From IMG/VR virus record IMGVR_UViG_3300010430_000020, positions 1 to 64,000 of that record: a DNA stretch of 64,000 bases. The stretch is one strand, 5' to 3'. Both the position numbers and the translations under genes were made by a program. This stretch comes from a virus. Shown piece by piece: positions 1-7,254 of the stretch. The notes under the pieces were generated by a model. It made no database searches. It was not told where the DNA came from and was given only the letters and a program-made list of their open reading frames with translations. Position 1 is the stretch's first letter. Each line of letters begins with the position of its first letter.

Positions 1-58
1 CGACCTGATCCCGGACCTGAACCCAGACCTGACTCCTGACCTGATTCGCGACTACCAT
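1..58 (-). CDS. RYYxW-array member 8 (truncated at window edge), [19 protein letters not shown]...
   Basis: ATG at 58-56 overlaps the stop of the previous member; QV[R/W]x repeats; runs off the window. Confidence 0.75.
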   Translation of the reverse strand, partial: MVVANQVRSQVWVQVRDQV

Positions 59-234
59 TTGTAATATCTCATACAGGTTAAGTTCAGATTCCGAAAATCA
101 TTTTCTCGTTGCCGCCGCCAAATCACCACTTGAACATTTTGCTCAACAGCGAAATCTGGATTGATCAGGCGGCCCACATCTTTAAGCCAAAGATCGTTTC
201 GAATACTATTAAGTATATGATACAAATTCACCAT
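52..234 (-). CDS. RYYxW-array member 7 (60 aa, ends RYYKW)
   Basis: ORF track; conserved junction at both ends. Confidence 0.8.
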   Translation of the reverse strand: MVNLYHILNSIRNDLWLKDVGRLINPDFAVEQNVQVVIWRRQRENDFRNLNLTCMRYYKW

Positions 235-416
235 TTGTAGTACCTTAACACGGTATCCTGGATTTGATCAATGAATCGATCCCCTAGCAGATCATCGTCA
301 ACTCGATCCCAAGTTTGACCCTTGACTTGAGATCGGACTCGAATACCGACTTGAGATCGGAGTTGAACACCGGCTCGAATACCGACTTGATCAAAGACTT
401 CCCCAAAATTCACCAT
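228..416 (-). CDS. RYYxW-array member 6 (62 aa, MVNFGEVF...RYYKW)
   Basis: Start placed at junction ATG 416 rather than 473; degenerate QV repeats. Confidence 0.8.
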   Translation of the reverse strand: MVNFGEVFDQVGIRAGVQLRSQVGIRVRSQVKGQTWDRVDDDLLGDRFIDQIQDTVLRYYKW

Positions 417-595
417 TGATAGTACCTGTTCTGACCATTCTCGACCTGATCCCTGATCTGATGCCAGACCCAAACCCCGACTTGACTCCTGACCTGAACC
501 CAGACCTGACTCCTGATCCGAAAACAGACCTGACTCCTGACCTGAACCCAGACCTGACCCCTAACCTGATCCTCGACTTGGTGAAAATCTACCAT
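410..595 (-). CDS. RYYxW-array member 5 (61 aa, QV[R/W]x repeats, ends RYYQW)
   Basis: ORF track; conserved junctions. Confidence 0.8.
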   Translation of the reverse strand: MVDFHQVEDQVRGQVWVQVRSQVCFRIRSQVWVQVRSQVGVWVWHQIRDQVENGQNRYYQW

Positions 596-780
596 TCGTA
601 ATACCTACTCTGAGTATCCGCGACCCGATCCCTGACCTGATCCCTGAATTGATTCCAGACCTGATCCCTGACCTGATCCTTGAACTGAAGCATGTTCCAG
701 ACCTGACTCCTGACCAGATTCCAGACCTGATCCCTGACCTGAATCCTGACCTGATGCTCGACCTGATCCTCGACTTGGCG
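440..780 (-). repeat. Degenerate 12-nt tandem repeat (CAGGTCHGGNNT) encoding Q-V-[R/W]-x
   Basis: Visible as gacctga/cctgac periodicity on the + strand; also at 1-45 and degenerate at 300-395. Confidence 0.9.
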
Positions 781-792
781 AAAATCTACCAT
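589..792 (-). CDS. RYYxW-array member 4 (67 aa, QVRD/QVWN repeats, ends RYYEW)
   Basis: Start placed at junction ATG 792 rather than 861. Confidence 0.8.
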   Translation of the reverse strand: MVDFRQVEDQVEHQVRIQVRDQVWNLVRSQVWNMLQFKDQVRDQVWNQFRDQVRDRVADTQSRYYEW

Positions 793-1007
793 TTGTAGTA
801 CCTCGCCACTGACCTGCAGGTACCGACACAGGCGGTCGCTGAGCGTGCGAGTTTCAGCCAATCGGAACGATCTAAATTATTCACAATCCATTTCTGCATT
901 TTGTTTCGTATTTGTTTGAATAGAAACAGTGCATGGTCCGCCATCCAATACGATCCATAACATAAATACCGCCGAAAAATAGGGGGTTTATATTTTTTCA
1001 TCACCAT
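786..1007 (-). CDS. RYYxW-array member 3 (73 aa, ends RYYKW)
   Basis: ORF track; conserved junctions. Confidence 0.78.
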   Translation of the reverse strand: MVMKKYKPPIFRRYLCYGSYWMADHALFLFKQIRNKMQKWIVNNLDRSDWLKLARSATACVGTCRSVARYYKW

Positions 1008-1165
1008 TTGTAATACCTTAACTCGGTATTCAACTGTCGCGCTTGGAGGACGACACTATTTAATCCTGTCTCAATTTCAAGCTTTACATCTAGAGTTCGT
1101 CCTAATACTTCCTCACTACGTAAAGTATGAGCAAAATGATACATGAGATTACCCAATTTCACCAT
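1001..1165 (-). CDS. RYYxW-array member 2 (54 aa, MVKLGNLMYH...TELRYYKW)
   Basis: Translated by hand (below track cutoff); open from junction ATG 1165 to junction TGA 1001. Confidence 0.78.
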   Translation of the reverse strand: MVKLGNLMYHFAHTLRSEEVLGRTLDVKLEIETGLNSVVLQARQLNTELRYYKW

Positions 1166-1296
1166 TTGTAGTACCTGTTCAAATTATGCCATGTGTAAGT
1201 CTTAGCATCAATGCTCGGAGCTTGATCTGTTATTTGCCAGACGCAACTCACGATTTGACCTATCAAATGAAACCTAATTTTGTACAGATTTATCAT
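1159..1296 (-). CDS. RYYxW-array member 1 (45 aa, MINLYKIRF...NLNRYYKW)
   Basis: Translated by hand; ATG 1 nt after the stop of the sulfotransferase-like gene. Confidence 0.75.
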   Translation of the reverse strand: MINLYKIRFHLIGQIVSCVWQITDQAPSIDAKTYTWHNLNRYYKW

Positions 1297-1297
1297 A

Positions 1298-1855
1298 TCA
1301 AAATTTTACCGTTGAGGGCCTGAACCATTCTTTAGGCAACGGAGCGCCGACGATCTCTTCCAGCGCCTGGATATCGATGGTCTTACCGAATTTCCATACC
1401 GGCCAACCATACAGGATATGCAAATCTCTTATACGCTCCTGTCCCCTCCTGGCAAGCTCGAATGCATCACCACGCCCGAACCTATTAGCTATGGACTTGC
1501 CGTTAGCAACATGGTCTCGGGAGACCAGAAGGGGCTCCACCTCAGCTGTAACTAGCGTCTCGGGCTCCCAGAGCAGGTGCCACGCGATTTTAACAACGCA
1601 GCGGTCATACCCCTTGGCAGATGCTTCTACCCTGTACTCATCGAAATATGAGCGTCTGAGGGCCAATTCATCATCAGTTGGTCGCTCGGTCGGTTCATGC
1701 CAAAGAGACGACTTGTATAAACAAGCCGCCTTCTGATCTTCAAAAAACCTATCGTCGTTTTTTCTATTGTAGAATCCGTTCTTAGTCAGTATACCCGCAG
1801 TAGCAGATGTGCCGCCGCCGGGCATACCTAGAACGAATGTTAGGCGGGCAGTCAT
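1298..1855 (-). CDS. Sulfotransferase-family / P-loop fold protein
   Basis: N-terminal FVLGMPGGGTSATAGIL plus FFED resembles the bacterial sulfotransferase GMHRSGTS...FFED pattern; canonical RS is replaced by GG. Confidence 0.55.
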   Translation of the reverse strand: MTARLTFVLGMPGGGTSATAGILTKNGFYNRKNDDRFFEDQKAACLYKSSLWHEPTERPTDDELALRRSYFDEYRVEASAKGYDRCVVKIAWHLLWEPETLVTAEVEPLLVSRDHVANGKSIANRFGRGDAFELARRGQERIRDLHILYGWPVWKFGKTIDIQALEEIVGAPLPKEWFRPSTVKF

Positions 1856-1856
1856 G

Positions 1857-2264
1857 CTAGTCCAGCATATTCAGCAAACCTAAATCCAGAGCTTCTACTG
1901 GATAGGCATTTATAGTATCTGTCCACTTCTTAAATTCCTCCGGCGATGATACCTTAACAACCTCATAATTAAGATTCTTACAATACGCTATCATCTTAAA
2001 CCCGAGTCGCGTCGTACCGCGAAATGGATCATCCAGTGTATTTAGATAAGCCTTGGCATTCACTGCCAGATAATGGACGATTGTATCGTACCCATCCGGA
2101 ACATCCTCGGACTTGAAATCGGATACATTGATATTTGCTGAAATCCAATCGACCATTTCATTCGTGCGATGGCGCATATCTTCATAGTCTTCGCAACGAA
2201 GAGCATTTATACAATCTTGGATTACATCCGATAAGAAATCCTGCAGTTCAACTCTATTTTCCAT
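1857..2264 (-). CDS. hypothetical protein
   Basis: Start placed at MENRVE (GGAG upstream), because the longer ORF runs through a terminator. Confidence 0.7.
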   Translation of the reverse strand: MENRVELQDFLSDVIQDCINALRCEDYEDMRHRTNEMVDWISANINVSDFKSEDVPDGYDTIVHYLAVNAKAYLNTLDDPFRGTTRLGFKMIAYCKNLNYEVVKVSSPEEFKKWTDTINAYPVEALDLGLLNMLD

Positions 2265-2278
2265 TTCTCGCTCCAAAG

Positions 2279-2308
2279 AAAAAAAGGGGGAGGATTTTAC
2301 CCCTCCCC
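2279..2308 (-). terminator. Intrinsic terminator
   Basis: GGGGAGGGG-TAAAA-TCCTCCCCC followed by T7 on the minus strand. Confidence 0.8.
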
Positions 2309-2360
2309 AGTTTGAGGAGACACAACAGAGGCACTTTATAGTCATACCCAGGACTATCGG

Positions 2361-3293
2361 TTACGCCGCTTCGGCGAATTCCAGGGCCTTTATCAGGGCC
2401 AGTTGTTTACGTTTATCGCCAGCACCGTACCATGCTGCTTCCTGGCGATTTTTATCAGTACTATGAACATGGTCCACGGCATAGGTCACTGCATTAAATG
2501 CCTGCCACCATGTTCCCTCACCAAATTCGGCTCCTGGCTGGTCATGAACGTGTTCCAGTACCTGCTGTGCCGGACGGGAGAGTTTATCCTCCGAAGGCTT
2601 CTGGTCTTCTCTGTGCTGCTTCGGAAACACCTGCTCCACAAAGGTTTTGATCTCCTGCGGACTCGCACGTTTGGTTGCCAAGAACTGCGCACGCTCCTTG
2701 AAGCCCGACAGATGGTCTTTAGCAATCCCGAGAGTTTCAGAGACCAGCTCTGGATCGAATACAGTCTTGTGATCGATCTTTACGAGATTCTGAACTTTCT
2801 CTCCGAGACCATACAGGAAAGTATTAAGGCAGCTCCAGCGCATGGCAGTCACGCGGATATCAGTGGCGCGGCCATACTGGTGGAAATTAGTGAAGAGCAG
2901 ATTGCCCTCAATTGTATCACCATCGAACAATTCGAACCGATCATTAATCGTAGCCATTACCCAGATGATCCGACCATCCTTGAAGTGACCTACCGAGTGC
3001 GGTTTAACATGCGGTTTCCAGGATTCGATAAAATCAAACTGGTCGCTCACTTTGAATGGATTCCAATCACTGCTACCGCGATTCTTCACGATATCTAGGT
3101 CTTCATGATTATCATCACGCTCCACCGAGAAAGCAGGGACTTCAACATATTGATCGCCAATTTTCTTATACAGAGGCTGTTTCTGTACATCCCAGTCGAG
3201 ACCGGCCTTGGTCCGCATTTCAGCGATTGACATTTCTGGTGAAACATCCGTACCCAAACCTTGATAAACAGTCTTACCAAACATTATACACAT
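2361..3293 (-). CDS. DUF932/DUF945 phage/plasmid-like protein
   Basis: AGLDWDV, G(H)FKDGRIIW, R..CLNT and GTWWQAFNAVT..DH motifs. Confidence 0.85.
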   Translation of the reverse strand: MCIMFGKTVYQGLGTDVSPEMSIAEMRTKAGLDWDVQKQPLYKKIGDQYVEVPAFSVERDDNHEDLDIVKNRGSSDWNPFKVSDQFDFIESWKPHVKPHSVGHFKDGRIIWVMATINDRFELFDGDTIEGNLLFTNFHQYGRATDIRVTAMRWSCLNTFLYGLGEKVQNLVKIDHKTVFDPELVSETLGIAKDHLSGFKERAQFLATKRASPQEIKTFVEQVFPKQHREDQKPSEDKLSRPAQQVLEHVHDQPGAEFGEGTWWQAFNAVTYAVDHVHSTDKNRQEAAWYGAGDKRKQLALIKALEFAEAA

Positions 3294-3565
3294 TCCTTCT
3301 GTCTGTGGAGGACCAGGGCGGACTCTTCCGCATATCTCCTGATCGATTCAACTTCCTTAACCTGATCTACCCATAGCTGGCGATCAAGCACAAAATAATT
3401 CTCTGGGGCGGTCTGATAATCACGACCGTGCGGGGATGCCTCATACAATTTGTCGATCAGATTTTTGGCAGCGTGCGCGATAATCAACTGCTGGTGGATC
3501 AAATTATCTGCATCCGACCCATTCAGGTTGATCCGACGCTGGGTGTGCCTGCTATTATAATCCAT
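3284..3565 (-). CDS. hypothetical protein
   Basis: ORF coupled to its neighbours; INLNG and PHGRDY motifs of a kind seen in phage early proteins. Confidence 0.7.
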   Translation of the reverse strand: MDYNSRHTQRRINLNGSDADNLIHQQLIIAHAAKNLIDKLYEASPHGRDYQTAPENYFVLDRQLWVDQVKEVESIRRYAEESALVLHRQKECV

Positions 3566-4317
3566 CAGTGGCCTCCGATCTGCAGCGCATCACCAGAAGT
3601 GACAGGACGCCCTAGATTAACATTATCACCAGCATTCTGACCCGAACGATATGACGAACCGTGAATATTTTTGTTGGTCGTGGGTCGCGATGAAAGTTTC
3701 ATTCCGAGTTCTTTGTATTTCTGTTCGAGTACCGCATTACGTACCACGGTCAGAGCAGTACCGGTCTTGACCAGCGAGACATCATTGACCTGGACATCAC
3801 GAGCCCGCTTCAGCTCACGGAGTCTGGATGATACGCGGTGGGCCATGCCCAACATGAACGATGTTCTCAAAGTCTTACCATGCACGCGATAACCATTATC
3901 GGCGGCTTCTTTCTTGAGCTTGGGCTCTACCGCACGATATTCAGTTTCCATCGCATTGCGGATCATTTCGGTCAGGTACCATGCAAATTCCGTGTTCTGA
4001 TCCGTACCGAAGTAGACCAAATCAAAACCTGAGTACCATGCCTTGGAATCGCAAAATGCGGCGATGCTCTGGATGCAATTTTCTGATGGGTGATATGCCC
4101 GACGCTTATAAGAGCCACCTGCGAAGCGCTTGCCGCGCTTGCCATAATTCTCTTCGGGGTCTTTGAGGTCGATGCTGGAAAGATCGTACTCTAGCATCAA
4201 TGCATCGGCTTTTTCTGCAGCGAACAAAGCTTCATGCTCAGTAGCACCATTGTCGATGGTGACGTTAAGCAGGGCACGAATCTTCGTCGCGATTTTTTCG
4301 CGTTCTGGATTAGTCAT
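3565..4317 (-). CDS. DUF2786-domain protein
   Basis: KIRALL...ATEHEA..AAEKA..LMLEY N-terminus; SF..G...RV..RL. Confidence 0.8.
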   Translation of the reverse strand: MTNPEREKIATKIRALLNVTIDNGATEHEALFAAEKADALMLEYDLSSIDLKDPEENYGKRGKRFAGGSYKRRAYHPSENCIQSIAAFCDSKAWYSGFDLVYFGTDQNTEFAWYLTEMIRNAMETEYRAVEPKLKKEAADNGYRVHGKTLRTSFMLGMAHRVSSRLRELKRARDVQVNDVSLVKTGTALTVVRNAVLEQKYKELGMKLSSRPTTNKNIHGSSYRSGQNAGDNVNLGRPVTSGDALQIGGH

Positions 4318-4400
4318 TGGGTCTCACTCCTCGTCTCAGTTGATGGTCTCTTATACCATCATTCGTTCGTTTCCGTCAACAAGTTTCTTCACGCGACCTG
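4318..4400 (-). promoter_or_regulatory. Early promoter/leader cassette copy 1
   Basis: GTCGCGTGAAGAAACTT-G-TTGACG-N18-TATAAG ... CGAGGAGTGAGACCCAATG. Confidence 0.85.
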
Positions 4401-4405
4401 GAGGA

Positions 4406-4645
4406 TTATGCATACTCACCATTGTATCCCCAGCGCTCACGCGCTTCATCCAACCAGGATGATGTTTCTTCAATCTCGATCCAGCGCAGCTCTTCGCGGC
4501 GCGACAATTCTTTGGTGGCTGCCTCACGGCGGGAGCGGGCAATACCACGGAGGTTTGCGTTACAGACCGGCCTTTCGATGATTTCATCGCTCTGGCGGAT
4601 GATGCTGTGCAGCTCATCGTTTGTTTTGTTGGTAAGGTCGGTCAT
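4406..4645 (-). CDS. hypothetical early protein
   Basis: GAGGAG SD before MTDLTN; own TTGACT-N16-TATGAT promoter at about 4674-4701. Confidence 0.7.
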   Translation of the reverse strand: MTDLTNKTNDELHSIIRQSDEIIERPVCNANLRGIARSRREAATKELSRREELRWIEIEETSSWLDEARERWGYNGEYA

Positions 4646-4712
4646 TTTTTCACTCCTCTTGTTTGATGAGCTAATCATAGCAGATCATGCGATCAAGTCA
4701 AGAAATTTCTTC

Positions 4713-5174
4713 TTAGACTTTAGTCTCAATCAAGATTGTGCGGTCAGGTGAAGCTTTCAGCATACCCTCCACACCCTCAAAATACTGTTGAGTGGTCTCG
4801 GCAACGCACTTTATACATTCTGAGGTACCTGCATGTGTCATGGGATAGATGATAGCCGGTAGGCCAATATGCTCCAGGGCCGATTTGGCTTCAGCGTAGC
4901 TGGTACAAATTCGTGATTCTTTCTTACGTGGTGTCTCGGTCGCCTTGCGAGAGGACCGCTCCTGATCGGCATGTGCCTCTGCCAACCTCAGTTCCTGCAT
5001 AGCAATATCCAGGTGCCGCCATGCATTGACAAAATGGTGCTTGGCAAACGTCGTATCATCAAAGTCCAGGTAATCTTTATCTGGGAAGACAAGACCTGCG
5101 ATAATATCATCGATCAGCAGACAGGCTTGCCCGATGCTCACGATCTCCTCAATCTTGTAAATTGGTTCGCTCAT
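4713..5174 (-). CDS. hypothetical protein
   Basis: ORF track; ATGA overlap with the upstream gene. Confidence 0.65.
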   Translation of the reverse strand: MSEPIYKIEEIVSIGQACLLIDDIIAGLVFPDKDYLDFDDTTFAKHHFVNAWRHLDIAMQELRLAEAHADQERSSRKATETPRKKESRICTSYAEAKSALEHIGLPAIIYPMTHAGTSECIKCVAETTQQYFEGVEGMLKASPDRTILIETKV

Positions 5175-5413
5175 ACCTTACCCCAAAAATCTTTACCCTG
5201 ATCAACCTTCTTGCTTAATGCCTCACACAGAAGCAATGCCTCACACAGCTCACCCTCATACAAAAACGCACACACATCATCCAGGTTTTCCTCATAATGA
5301 GTATATTCCTTCCCGGACTTCGGTAATTGTGATCGCAGTTCCTCCGCCAACCGAATCAGTTGGCGGTGATGATGTTCTATGCTCGATACAAAACTATCTA
5401 ATGATGTGATCAT
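5171..5413 (-). CDS. hypothetical protein
   Basis: ORF track; SD AAGGA. Confidence 0.65.
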   Translation of the reverse strand: MITSLDSFVSSIEHHHRQLIRLAEELRSQLPKSGKEYTHYEENLDDVCAFLYEGELCEALLLCEALSKKVDQGKDFWGKV

Positions 5414-5422
5414 ATTTTATCC

Positions 5423-6190
5423 TTACACAACATTAATGCGGTTAACGATGGTCTCTTTGGTACCTTCCCAGTCGCCCAGCTTTTTGATGGTCATTTTGAC
5501 CTTGGCGGTCTCACCCTGCTTTACCGGGCACTTACCAAAAGTTTTTACAACATGGCCATCAGCGGTGCGCAGGATCGAGATCAGTCCGAACCCAAATGCA
5601 GACTCGAATTCAAACTGACGCAACTTAGTCACTTCAGCGATAACGCGATCACCAGGGCTACCCAGCCACTCATTGACTAGTGGTGCGCTGGCCTCACGGA
5701 TGATGCCACGTACCAGATTAATCTGGCGGGGGCTAATCTTACCGAAGAACAGTGCGTTCTTGATAATGTCGCGAACGATCTTGTGGATGTGACGGTGCGG
5801 GATTGCTTCTGTGATCAGAGCCAGACCCTCATCACCAAAGTTCTCGCGGCGCTCCGCACGGACGCGCTGACGCCATTCGCGGCGGCCAGCTTCCATTGCT
5901 GCCTTACGCTTGGCATTCTCTTCACGGCGCTTTACAGCTGCCTTAGCGCGGCGCTGCTCGGCCTGACGATCCTTGACGATCTTGGTAACATCGCTGATCA
6001 GCTCGGTATCACCAGTTTTGTTGACGCAATCAGAGCCGACTATGAAACGTGTACCGAATGTATCTTCGATAACGAAGTTCCAGCGGATGCCGGTGCCGCA
6101 GTGGTGGCAGGCAGAACCACGGCGATCAAAACAATCAACCACGCGGAAGGGAGCCTTGCCTAGATTTGTTTCTTCGAAAGGATGTGCCAT
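5423..6190 (-). CDS. hypothetical protein with N-terminal CxxC...VGSDC Zn-binding motif and possible C-terminal OB-like domain
   Basis: CHHCGTGIRW...VGSDCV; first gene after promoter cassette 2. Confidence 0.75.
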   Translation of the reverse strand: MAHPFEETNLGKAPFRVVDCFDRRGSACHHCGTGIRWNFVIEDTFGTRFIVGSDCVNKTGDTELISDVTKIVKDRQAEQRRAKAAVKRREENAKRKAAMEAGRREWRQRVRAERRENFGDEGLALITEAIPHRHIHKIVRDIIKNALFFGKISPRQINLVRGIIREASAPLVNEWLGSPGDRVIAEVTKLRQFEFESAFGFGLISILRTADGHVVKTFGKCPVKQGETAKVKMTIKKLGDWEGTKETIVNRINVV

Positions 6191-6268
6191 TGTGTTCTCA
6201 CCTCGCTGTTTCTGTATTTTGTTATATCACAAGACTTTTAAACTCACAACAAGTTTCTTCACGCGACC
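6191..6268 (-). promoter_or_regulatory. Early promoter/leader cassette copy 2
   Basis: GTCGCGTGAAGAAACTT-G-TTGTGA-N17-TATAAC ... CAGCGAGGTGAGAACACAATG. Confidence 0.8.
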
Positions 6269-6272
6269 AGCT

Positions 6273-6297
6273 AATAAGGAGGGGGCCGAAGCCCCCC
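6273..6297 (-). terminator. UUCG-tetraloop terminator hairpin
   Basis: GGGGGGC-TTCG-GCCCCCT right after the stop at 6303; same core as 44151-44168. Confidence 0.8.
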
Positions 6298-6302
6298 GGT
6301 TG

Positions 6303-6779
6303 TTAGGCTGCTTGTGGTTTCCAGTTGGCTAGGCGCTCTTCGAGGTACTTCTTGAACTCTTCCTCACGAGCAATGAGGCCATTGAACTTGCTGATCTCGC
6401 CCTTCAGGTGCACTTCGTAGTCGTCGCCCATCTCATGTGTTACGATCTTGTTTTCCTCTGTGCGTTCGACCCTGATCGAGATATACGTGGTCTGGTAAAC
6501 GTCAACCATTTCGCGCCCCGTATAGTCGTATCGCGTCGGGCGTTCAATGGCGGGCCGGGCTTCGAGAGCGTCCCGACCGCTACGCAGGTGCTCGATCTGA
6601 GCCGCAACGCGTGGGATCATGATCTCGATGGCGTCGCTGCCTTGCTCGTATGGAACGTGTCTAGCGCCGAAGCACGAGCCCGTTTGCCAGCCATCTCCTG
6701 GCCTCCGATAACCGTGGTGAGCAATAACGCCCTTCTTGGCTTTGATGTCGCGTCCGCAGATTTGGCAAGTTGTTGTCAT
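6303..6779 (-). CDS. hypothetical Zn-finger protein
   Basis: CQICGR...HHGY...GSCFG; first gene after cassette 3. Confidence 0.75.
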   Translation of the reverse strand: MTTTCQICGRDIKAKKGVIAHHGYRRPGDGWQTGSCFGARHVPYEQGSDAIEIMIPRVAAQIEHLRSGRDALEARPAIERPTRYDYTGREMVDVYQTTYISIRVERTEENKIVTHEMGDDYEVHLKGEISKFNGLIAREEEFKKYLEERLANWKPQAA

Positions 6780-6858
6780 TGGGGTCTCACTCCTCGCTGC
6801 TGTTGGTCCTCATTATAAGAGGAGCAGCGAAAAATGCAACAAGTTTCTTCACGCGACT
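6780..6858 (-). promoter_or_regulatory. Early promoter/leader cassette copy 3
   Basis: GTCGCGTGAAGAAACTT-G-TTGCAT-N16-TATAAT ... CAACAGCAGCGAGGAGTGAGACCCCAATG. Confidence 0.85.
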
Positions 6859-6966
6859 AGGGAAAAGGTATGTTGAGGGTCGCTACCAGCATCATTGCCA
6901 CGAAAAGAGTCTGAAAGTATCGCTTCCAAAAATTATCGACCATGATCTATTTCCTTATACATCTAT

Positions 6967-7254
6967 TTATTCAAAATTTTTCAAATGTTTCAGCATGTCT
7001 TTGCTGAGATATGGTATGACCTTGAAGGAGCATTCCATCGACTTCACAGTATAATCTGAGAAGACTTCGTTCATATCCTTCTCGACGAACACCTTGGAAT
7101 CGGCACACCATTTTTCGTTTAGATTTGTATCCTCTGAGTAAAACGGTTCTTGTTGGACAAAAGTACTATGATACTCCATACATTTCTCAGTATCTGTTAC
7201 GCCATAACATAGCGTTGTTACGATTACCAACCCGTAATACAGTGTATCTGTCAT
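6967..7254 (-). CDS. small Cys-containing exported/membrane protein
   Basis: Hydrophobic N-terminus, 4 Cys; coupled to the lysin-like gene. Confidence 0.65.
   Translation of the reverse strand: MTDTLYYGLVIVTTLCYGVTDTEKCMEYHSTFVQQEPFYSEDTNLNEKWCADSKVFVEKDMNEVFSDYTVKSMECSFKVIPYLSKDMLKHLKNFE

Larger units (their letters stand above)
52..1176 (-). repeat. Seven dispersed 18-nt junction repeats AGRTAYTAYVAATGGT(AG/GA) spaced 158-215 nt apart
   Basis: Copies start on the + strand at 52, 228, 410, 589, 786, 1001 and 1159. Confidence 0.95.

Noticed and set aside
410-792. Diversity-generating retroelement TR/VR pair
   Set aside because: Differences between the similar units are not adenine-specific and there is no reverse transcriptase in the window.
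416-829. Alternative-frame ORFs (PDLT repeats on +, SGQG repeats on -)
   Set aside because: These are shadows of the 12-nt repeat; only the QV frame is bounded by the conserved start/stop junctions.
52-1176. CRISPR array interpretation of the seven junction repeats
   Set aside because: Repeats are only about 18 nt, spacers are 140-200 nt open reading frames, variation is codon-patterned, and there is no cas operon.
2403-3098. 231-aa plus-strand ORF and similar antisense ORFs over gp43, the lysin-like gene and 14247-14912
   Set aside because: They overlap well-supported minus-strand genes and carry no recognisable motifs.
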